From positions 1 to 58,785 of the IMG/VR virus record IMGVR_UViG_3300021507_000132: DNA of 58,785 nucleotides. The stretch is one strand, 5' to 3'. Shown here piece after piece: positions 51,115-58,785 of this stretch. The notes beneath the pieces were generated by a model. It had not been told where the DNA came from, did no database searches, and was given only the letters and a program-made list of their open reading frames with translations. Position numbers and translations under genes: made by a program. How positions within the stretch are numbered: position 1 is the first letter of the stretch; each line of letters opens with the position of its first letter. This DNA comes from a virus (lineage: Duplodnaviria > Caudoviricetes).

Positions 51115-51378
51115 ATGAGAGAAAGAGTTGAAGAAAAAGCAGAAAGATTGGTAAGAGAAGGAAAAGTTAAACTTGTTAGCAATAAAAAGTCTGTGATATT
51201 TGAAGTTGAAGGTTCTACGGAAAAACACACAGTTATATTTAAAGATGCTGGTTTTAGTTGCGATTGTATGTGGTGGAGTTTGAGATCTACTCCGTGCAGT
51301 CATGTTTTAGCAGCAATGATATACGCAAAAAACAACAATATTAAATTGCCTGGTTTATTCATAAATGAATTATCATGA
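51115..51378 (+). CDS. SWIM zinc-finger protein
   Basis: FEVEGS..HTV..CDC..PCSHVLA. Confidence 0.85.
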   Translation: MRERVEEKAERLVREGKVKLVSNKKSVIFEVEGSTEKHTVIFKDAGFSCDCMWWSLRSTPCSHVLAAMIYAKNNNIKLPGLFINELS

Positions 51379-51634
51379 ACGAAGCAGATAGACAAACATT
51401 GGTAGTGATATTAAGCGAAATCAGAAAAGAACTGGAAAAAGCTAAGAAGTTCCATGACAGGACAGACATGTTAGTATATATTGACTTTGCTCTTTCAGAC
51501 GTTAGAAAAGGTTTGGCTTTCTTGAACAAATTAAAAAAATAGTCAATTGAATATATATTTTAGACAACAGAAAACTATTTATATATAAATATTATTTATA
51601 TTTATGGCAAGAAAGTTCGTAATGGTGATTCAGA

Positions 51635-52165
51635 ATGAGAGGAAAGATAAAAGCGATATTTGAGAAGGAGAAAACCTACGGAATCACTTTTAATGGCAAT
51701 GACTGGTATGTTGGATTTATATCTGATAAACCAGATTGGTTGATTAAAGGAGAATCAGAAGGCACAGAAGTTGAATTTGAATATACAAAGCATGAATCTG
51801 ATGGTAGGGTGTATAACAATATTGTTAAAGGCAGTCTAAAGAAAGTGGAAGTTGAAAAACCAAAAGAACCTGAACAAAAAGCAAATAATTCTAAATCTTT
51901 TATAAAAGACAGAATAAATGAATTAAACAAACAAGTGTTAGAATTAAGCAAGCAATTGGTGTATGAAAAGACAAAACAACATGATTTGGAAAGGAGAGAT
52001 ATAAGAAAATCTGTTTGTTTGAAAGCAAGCATAGACTTAATGAGTAATATGGAATCTCTGTTTAAAAACAGAGAATTATCTAATGAAGATCTTGTAAAGT
52101 TAGTATTGTATTTTGCTAAAGAATTTGAGAAGTATTTTGAAAATGAAATAAAGATTCAAATATGA
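51635..52165 (+). CDS. OB-fold / ssDNA-binding-like protein
   Basis: YGITFNGNDWY..GTEVEFEY..VYNNIV; IRKSVCLKAS. Confidence 0.5.
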   Translation: MRGKIKAIFEKEKTYGITFNGNDWYVGFISDKPDWLIKGESEGTEVEFEYTKHESDGRVYNNIVKGSLKKVEVEKPKEPEQKANNSKSFIKDRINELNKQVLELSKQLVYEKTKQHDLERRDIRKSVCLKASIDLMSNMESLFKNRELSNEDLVKLVLYFAKEFEKYFENEIKIQI

Positions 52166-54115
52166 CAGAAAATAAAGAAGAATTTTTGAAGAAATTAGCA
52201 GAGTTTAAGCCAAGTTTTGAAGACGTTGTTAAAGCTATCAATCAATTTGCAGGTGGCAGCATAGATTGGATTGCAGAAGTAGTTACAAAACATCATGAAG
52301 ACATGGTGCGTGAAATAATTGCAAAAGCAGAAGAAAAAAAAGCATCGCCTTTTATAATATTTAGTGTGCTTGCTGCGATAATGCAATCGCATGCTGAAGA
52401 TGTAAAAACACTTGCTAAATACGCAGGGGATAGAGAACTGGATCAGATATGCAAATTAAGAGGCATAACTCGTGAAGAAGTAAATGAAGTGCTTAAAGGC
52501 AAAAAAGTTGTTGATTATATAAGTTAATTATGGCGAGAAAGTTTACGGTTGAGGAGATTAAGAAAATTGCACAGATATGCTATAATTACAAGTGGAGAAT
52601 TGGAAAAGATAATTTTGAAGGTTTGTTTGCTTTCCTGCAAGTATTGGATATTATGGAAAAGAAAAATTTGAGCATAAAAGCATTGCCTGATTATTTAAAC
52701 ATTAAGAGAGAATTGGTGATTAACGCAGAAGATGAAAAATATATTGTAGAAAAATATCCTTTATAAAAAGCGAAACATGAGAGAAAAAGGAGAATAATAG
52801 ATGTAAGGCGATTTGGAAATTGGTTGATAATAGCTTACAAAGGTCCTTGGGGCATATCGTTTGAAAAGCTTAAAATCAATGGTGGAGAAAATGAGTGAAG
52901 TGAAAACGGAAGATATAAGAAAAGAATTAAACAAATGTTATAGAAAATTAAGAGATTTACGAAGTAAGACAAAAGTCGGAACAAAGAAGCACAGATGTAT
53001 TTCAGTTATGATGAATTGGCTTTGGTTTTTGAGACAAATTACATTACAGCATTCTAAAAATTTAATGTTTTTAGACATTTCGGATGTTATAAAAGTAGAA
53101 GAATGCAAGACAGGAAACAAGGTGGGAATTTGTGTTAAAGGTGAAAGAAAATGAGTGAAGAAAAAACTTTGGATTTGGATATAAAGTTAAAACCTGTTCT
53201 CAGGTTTAAATGGGGTAATGAAGAAGGTTTTAACAACTTCAGAAAAGGTTATGAGAAAGGATTTGAAGAAGCACAAGAAATTATTATAAGAGAAGTCAAA
53301 CAAAGAATTCAGGAGGTAGTTCAAGGATTATTACGAGAGATCGAAAAGCAAGAAGAAAAATTTTCCTGATGAGGTGAAAAGATGAATGAATTAGCAGCAG
53401 ATATATTGGGAATTTTGTTTTTGATTTGGTTTCTTTTAGTCGTTCCTCTATTAATCAAGTATCCTGCTGACTATAAATCAGCTATTATTATTGTATATCT
53501 CTTTCTGGCGTTATTGATAATGTTTAAGAAGTAATTATGGCAAGAAGTAGTTTAGAAGGGAAATGGTATGGAAAAGTAGATGAAGTAAGAATTGTAACTG
53601 GAACGAGCGGGACTTACAGAATTGAAGTTGTAACAGAATTATTAAGAAAAGAAGAATTTGATGAAATGCTAAATGATATTCTTGCTTTGATCCGAGCTCC
53701 TAAAAGTGTTGAGGAAATTTAAATGGTGATAAGTATGGATTTAGTAACCGAAAGAGAAAGGATTGCGATTGCAGAAGCAATGATAAAATACGGAGGCAGT
53801 TTTGTTAAAGCACTGGGACAGGCACTTTTGTTAGCAGATATACACAATGTCAGAAGAATAAAAAGTGCTTTCAAGGAGTACTGGGAAGAATACAAGAAAT
53901 GGGCTAAAAAAGATGGATATGAATGGGAAGAATTTGAGTGGGAAGCAATAGAAAACAGAAAAGAGAAAGAGAAGCAAAAATTGGAACTTATGAAAGCAAA
54001 TATTAAGTCTGCCATAGCGATTCTTGAAACTGCAGCGGAAATGGATAGTAAAGAAGACATGATGGCAGGCATGTATGAAGCGATCAGGTTGTTAAAAGAT
54101 ATTGATAAATTGTAA
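52162..54115 (+). other. cluster of small hypothetical genes (52162-52527, 52530-52766, 52861-53154, 53151-53369, 53537-53722, 53723-54115)
   Basis: Co-oriented, coupled ORFs; several GGTGA RBS. Confidence 0.6.
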
Positions 54116-54116
54116 T

Positions 54117-54812
54117 ATGAAAGGTAAAAGGTCGTTTGATTTGGCGATAACTATATGCATTATTTACCTTACAATTTCAATGCTTCGGCTTCACTACCAA
54201 GAAGAAACTATTGTAAACAGATTAGATAGTTTAAATGACACTATACAGCAAATTGAAGTGAATTATACAAGAATCACAGACAAACAAACAAGTATGAGTA
54301 GTAATTTGTCTCAATACATAGCAAACATATCTCAGCAAATAGAAGATTTACAAACAGAAATATGTGATTTGAAAAAAGAACTACAAGCAGAACACAAACG
54401 TAATAATGAATTAAAAAATCAACTGGAAAGTGTAAAAAAATCAAAAGGATTGATAAAACCAACATACAAGCAATTGAAAAGTTTTGTTTTAAGAGACGAT
54501 ACTGACTTGTTGAAGTGGAGCAATGATTTTGATTGCACAGAATTCAGCAACAAATTCATTGAAAATTTTGCTGAAGAAGGTTTCTTTGCTTGCACAACAG
54601 AGTTAGATTTAATTATTGATGGTGAAGCAAAAGGACATATTATTGTTGCTATTGACACTAAAGACAAAGGTTTGTATTATGTAGAACCGCAAAGTGATTC
54701 AATATTCTCAGCAGATGAATTACGGGTTGGTAAAAATTATTGTAGTATTGTGGATTGGAATTGTAATTGGGAGATAACTAAAATATCAAGTTGTTTTGAG
54801 TTGAAAATATGA
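54117..54812 (+). CDS. membrane-anchored coiled coil + transglutaminase/papain-like domain
   Basis: TM, coiled coil, FDCTEFS..GHIIVA..VEPQSD triad. Confidence 0.7.
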   Translation: MKGKRSFDLAITICIIYLTISMLRLHYQEETIVNRLDSLNDTIQQIEVNYTRITDKQTSMSSNLSQYIANISQQIEDLQTEICDLKKELQAEHKRNNELKNQLESVKKSKGLIKPTYKQLKSFVLRDDTDLLKWSNDFDCTEFSNKFIENFAEEGFFACTTELDLIIDGEAKGHIIVAIDTKDKGLYYVEPQSDSIFSADELRVGKNYCSIVDWNCNWEITKISSCFELKI

Positions 54813-55249
54813 GAGCCAAGATCATTAAGATAATTAATACTGAAATAGTAAAACATAAAGACTTGGCTGAAAAGTATTTGTCTTGCGTTACAGATAGTTA
54901 TAAAAAGAAATATTCTTTCATAAACTGGTTATTTTCATTTATAAAGCCTAATAAAGCGGACAAAACAGACCTTGTCAAAAGTTATTTCAAAAATTACAAA
55001 TATCATAAAATTGCCTCAGCAGAATTTGAAATATTGAAATATGTTGTCAGTCATGTAATACAAAGACTGATTAAATTAAAGAAAAATAAACAAACTATTA
55101 AAGCTGAAGTTTTAGAACTAATTGACAGAAAAATGAATGCCATTAATCGATATATAAAATCCTCACAAATAGCTTCAACAGAGTATGAATGTTATTTACG
55201 ACTGTATTATGGTTACAATAGTATAAAATTACAAATAGAAAAATTATGA
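54809..55249 (+). CDS. hypothetical protein
   Basis: ATGA-coupled on both sides. Confidence 0.55.
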   Translation: MRAKIIKIINTEIVKHKDLAEKYLSCVTDSYKKKYSFINWLFSFIKPNKADKTDLVKSYFKNYKYHKIASAEFEILKYVVSHVIQRLIKLKKNKQTIKAEVLELIDRKMNAINRYIKSSQIASTEYECYLRLYYGYNSIKLQIEKL

Positions 55250-55937
55250 TATATGAAAAGGATGTAAGGAATAAACAAAGTGTGAACGCGGGGATTGATG
55301 AAGTAATATTACAAGCGAAATGCTTGTAATACTTTAACGCAAATCCCCGGTTCTAGGAAGCATAGTATTGTGCGTGGCTTTAATACCAGACAAAGATGAA
55401 GAGTATTTGAGAAACAGAGGTGTAAAAGACTCTAAATTAATTGAAAGGAACAGATTACACAGACTGGCAAAAGAATTGATGGAAACTTACAAATACAAAG
55501 TTGTTAAAATAAAGCCGCATATTATCAGCAAAGCTGACAATTTGAACTTGTTGGAAATTGAATATGTAATCAAATTAATCAAATGGGTTAACCAGTTTGA
55601 GCCAAAAAATATCTATATGGATTGTTTAACAGCAAATGTCAATACTTGTTGGAACTATTTTCTAGATCTTGGATTTAAACAAGATAACCTAAAAATTGTT
55701 CCGAAAGCAGATGAGAAGATTATAAGCGTTCAGGCAGCAAGCATTATTGCTAAGTATCATTCAGATAAAGAAATAGAGCATTTGCAAAAAAAGTATCCAG
55801 ATATGGGTTCTGGAGAACCTTCAGATAGAAAAACAATTGAGTTTCTGAAAAAGCATTTGGACAACCCTCCATTAGATTGCATCAGAACGAGCTGGATTAC
55901 ATTCAAGAGACTAAAGCAGAAACAAGAAAATGACTAG
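55246..55937 (+). CDS. rnhB: RNase HII, split by a 32-nt intron (exons 55246-55305 and 55338-55937)
   Basis: Spliced product AGIDEVRKSPVLGSIVLC..GVKDSK..LNLLE..YMDC..KADE..AASIIAK..GSGEPSD..RTSW. Confidence 0.88.
55306..55337 (+). other. bulge-helix-bulge (archaeal endonuclease-type) intron
   Basis: GAAG/CTTT 4-bp helix, bulges TAA and AAC, 10-bp intron stem TATTACAAGC/GCTTGTAATA, exon stem GGGGATT/AATCCCC. Confidence 0.82.
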
Positions 55938-56077
55938 CCCCATTCTGTCCAGGCAGCTGGTTGTTTTCTTGCTGTTTATTTATTTTTGTAAACAAAAGTA
56001 TTTAAAGGTTTGTTTATTTTAATAAACAATTACAATTCGTTAATAAAGTTATTTAAATTCGCAATTCAAGGATTATT

Positions 56078-56302
56078 ATGAGAAGAAGCAAGTTCCCAGA
56101 ATTTATGGGATGGTTTAATTCTCTTGAAATGGGAGAGATGCCGAACGTTTCGCAGGCACAAATAACTCTTCACATCAATTATGTTGAGTTGCGGAATTAT
56201 TATGAACTTCTCAGAATGGCTGGTTGTATTATGACAAAAGGCAATACGAAAAACAAGAAATATTTTAAGATTTCTAATATAAGAATTCCAACATATTATT
56301 GA
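56078..56302 (+). CDS. small wHTH-like hypothetical protein
   Basis: ORF with upstream TTTAAA promoter-like elements and downstream T-tract. Confidence 0.55.
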   Translation: MRRSKFPEFMGWFNSLEMGEMPNVSQAQITLHINYVELRNYYELLRMAGCIMTKGNTKNKKYFKISNIRIPTYY

Positions 56303-56389
56303 ACATTTTTTTATTTTTTGCGTTTCAGTCTGTACACTCTATATATTTTAAAGGGCAATTTTTAAAGGGCGATTTGTATAAGATCTCAT

Positions 56390-56770
56390 TCATTGGTAGT
56401 ATACAGCTTCTTCTAATTTTTGCAGTATATACTCTTGTATGGTTTTTCCTTCTTTGAGTGCTTTTATATCCAAATCTTGCATGAAACTGCTAGACACTTC
56501 TAATATTATCCTTTCTTTCAAGCCTTTTTTTAGAAACCAGTCCCCATGTCTGTTTCTATACACTAAATTTCTACTAGCTAAGTGATTAAGTAAGTGACTG
56601 ATAGACACTGGATGATAACCTGTCATTCGTGCTATATCTTTCAATCTCAATCCACGTAAGCTGTTGATCGTATGTTTTTCTAATACTTGTAGTATTGCTA
56701 ATTCTGCTTGAGTAAGCCCTTCATATCCCTTCCATACATAATTGTCTTTAGGTCTGCCGCTTCGTGCCAT
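56390..56770 (-). CDS. winged-helix (MarR-like) + RHH-like regulator
   Basis: LTQAELAILQVL..LKDIARMTGY..SISHLLNHLASRNLV. Confidence 0.75.
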   Translation of the reverse strand: MARSGRPKDNYVWKGYEGLTQAELAILQVLEKHTINSLRGLRLKDIARMTGYHPVSISHLLNHLASRNLVYRNRHGDWFLKKGLKERIILEVSSSFMQDLDIKALKEGKTIQEYILQKLEEAVYYQ

Positions 56771-57071
56771 AATAATTATTATTATATTATTATTAATAAG
56801 GCATTTTTGTCGAACAAGTACAATATACATTCAAACTCGCTCTTAACTACTTAAGCATAGTAGCAGTAGTTTGAGTGCGTCTCTACTAGAAATAGTATAT
56901 GTTAATAATAATATAATAATAATTATTCTTCGTTACTACCAACCAATCATACTTTTGCTATATATTCCATATTTTTGCTCCAGCTTCAGTTTGCAGGGGT
57001 TGTAAAAATTAAAGTATAGAAAATTTATAACATTTATGGAATTTATGACAATTTACTATCTGACAATAGTA

Positions 57072-57184
57072 GATTGGTCATAAGTTCCACATTGGTCATA
57101 AATTTTCTTTACTTTAATATATAGGCGTCTCACTAAGCCTTAGATCAAAGAATTTTGAATCCAATGTGGAACTTTTAGCCAATC
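57072..57184. repeat. 24-bp imperfect inverted repeat
   Basis: GATTGGTCATAAGTTCCACATTGG / CCAATGTGGAACTTTTAGCCAATC. Confidence 0.75.
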
Positions 57185-57209
57185 CACCACTTTCTGATAA
57201 TAATGAGTG

Positions 57210-57422
57210 CTAATATTTCTTCACAACATCCCCATAATCCGCTTCTCTGATTAAGTTTTCTCTAACTTTAAAGGTCTTTCCACAAAAGATGCACCTTTTG
57301 ACTTTTCTCGGACTAATTTTCTTATTGCGAGGGACATACGCCTGGACACGCGAGCAGAAGGGACACTTCAAATAGAATTTGTATTTCAAAAGCATGCCAA
57401 ACTGCTCTGGTTTCCTTACCAT
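57210..57422 (-). CDS. zinc-ribbon protein
   Basis: CPFC..CIFCGKTF. Confidence 0.65.
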   Translation of the reverse strand: MVRKPEQFGMLLKYKFYLKCPFCSRVQAYVPRNKKISPRKVKRCIFCGKTFKVRENLIREADYGDVVKKY

Positions 57423-57431
57423 AATTCTGCT

Positions 57432-57650
57432 CTCGAGCTATATTGCCTGCTTCTCTCCTGCTCATTATACGCCTGCTATTCGCACAGCGTATAAACCTAT
57501 GGTGTTCCCACAAGCAGGATATCGGGCTCGGCAAGGTGGGAACTGCTTGCTCCATACCTCACAGGCAATATATTTCTCGGAATGTTTAAGACCCAAACTG
57601 ACTATAAAACAGTGTACCTCAAGGTACACAAGTCAGCTTGGACTTACCCA
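57432..57650 (-). ncRNA. candidate structured RNA of unknown family
   Basis: GC-rich intergenic stretch with at least five nested stems; G-U pairs favour the minus strand. Confidence 0.55.
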
Positions 57651-57658
57651 TAATATAT

Positions 57659-58264
57659 TCAATTAATATGATATATGTGAAACAATCCATCACGTTTAAG
57701 TTCTACATTTTCTATTGGTTTCCACAATGTCAGATCAAAAGGTTCAACCAATATATGCATACCGTTTTTGGTTTTGCTTTTAGTTGAAACAATTAGCTTT
57801 AATTTGTCTATTTGCGACCAGACAGCATCTGCTTTGGACATATCATCTATATCTATCAAAAAATGCCATTTTCTTGATCTTGCTTCTGGCTTTTGCAGGC
57901 AAGATATGAATTCTCTATCTAATTTCTTTAAGTGCGTTAGATATTGATACACATCTCCTGAGTTTAATGCAGTAAATTCCCATTCAACCAATCTCTGCTT
58001 AAACAATTTTGAAGCCTTAATCAAACTTCTCGGATTGTAAGTTATGTAAATAGAATAATCTTCTGGTCTGGCTTGACTGGGGTAGTTCTCAACTAATGTA
58101 ATAAGTTTTCGGTATTTCCTGCCCCAATTTTCTTTATCAACAACTTCTCTAAAAACCACTTCTTCCGACTTTAATTTATCATTATACTTTTTTCTCGCTA
58201 TTGCCAGCATAACAAGCACTTCGTCTGCTCTTAATAAATCAAACCAAGACACCCAATTAGACAT
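57659..58264 (-). CDS. archaeo-eukaryotic primase-like (AEP) protein
   Basis: IYITYNPR, FLIDIDD, KTKNGMHIL. Confidence 0.7.
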   Translation of the reverse strand: MSNWVSWFDLLRADEVLVMLAIARKKYNDKLKSEEVVFREVVDKENWGRKYRKLITLVENYPSQARPEDYSIYITYNPRSLIKASKLFKQRLVEWEFTALNSGDVYQYLTHLKKLDREFISCLQKPEARSRKWHFLIDIDDMSKADAVWSQIDKLKLIVSTKSKTKNGMHILVEPFDLTLWKPIENVELKRDGLFHIYHIN

Positions 58265-58266
58265 AA

Positions 58267-58785
58267 TTAGTATATCAGAAAAGCCCAAATCATAAGTGCT
58301 ATAAATAGCAAAGGAATTCCAATAAGCAGCAACCAAGCACAAATTGTGTAAAAATTACAAAAATACCAGTACCAAGGTTTAAAGTCCGTTTTACTCATTT
58401 GCTCTCGTATGTCTTGCAGACTTGTAGCATAATCCATGCTTCCTTTAGGGTATTTTTGAACTTCAATGCACCTGTTTTTCAACATTTCAAAAACACGATA
58501 ATCAAGAGCAACATCATTATGCGGATTTTTAAAAAACAAAGCATAATGCCCATGTGTCATGTTTTTGTCTTTCATTTCTTTAAGAAGTTTGTCTAGCCAC
58601 ATTTCCATTTGTTCGGCATCTGCTGCTGAATATGCTTGCTCATACCAGCCTTTTACCGGCAAAGCTTGAAAGTAAGCAGCTATATATCCAATAGTACCGC
58701 CTGTAATAAACACAAGACTTATTATAATTAAACATACCACCCAATTGTCTATCAAATAGAAAACCAAATTCTCTAATCTGCTCAT
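58267..58785 (-). CDS. two-TM membrane protein
   Basis: N- and C-terminal hydrophobic helices. Confidence 0.65.
   Translation of the reverse strand: MSRLENLVFYLIDNWVVCLIIISLVFITGGTIGYIAAYFQALPVKGWYEQAYSAADAEQMEMWLDKLLKEMKDKNMTHGHYALFFKNPHNDVALDYRVFEMLKNRCIEVQKYPKGSMDYATSLQDIREQMSKTDFKPWYWYFCNFYTICAWLLLIGIPLLFIALMIWAFLIY

Noticed and set aside
55368-55937. RNase HII as N-terminally truncated pseudogene
   Set aside because: The missing motif is upstream and is rejoined exactly by BHB-rule splicing
1-58785. tRNA/rRNA genes, integrase, DNA polymerase, small terminase
   Set aside because: No recognisable signatures seen; the window appears to be an incomplete genome

Overview
AT-rich segment of a tailed (siphovirus-like) archaeal virus. 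Archaeal origin is inferred from a TFB-like gene, Hjc, an Rnl3-type RNA ligase, TATA-type promoters and a bulge-helix-bulge intron. The left ~34 kb is mostly a minus-strand morphogenesis module: terminase, portal, protease/scaffold, capsid, neck, tail tube, tape measure and tail tip. The right ~21 kb is mostly plus-strand early/accessory genes. Main observations: (1) a TIGR-Tas-like RNA-guided system with a nuclease-less Nop-domain protein (13821-14696) and two arrays of ~36-nt dual-9-nt-spacer units (13129-13769 and 35614-36609); several reconstituted targets resemble archaeal promoters. (2) A TnpB element inserted inside one TIGR unit. (3) A 32-nt BHB intron splitting the RNase HII catalytic motif. 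(4) A Ubl/E2/JAB-RING/E1 ubiquitin-like operon. (5) Two multi-enzyme proteins in the head module that may be protease-processed. (6) A structured non-coding RNA candidate and dispersed palindromic operators. All calls come from reading motifs by eye; no database search was run.
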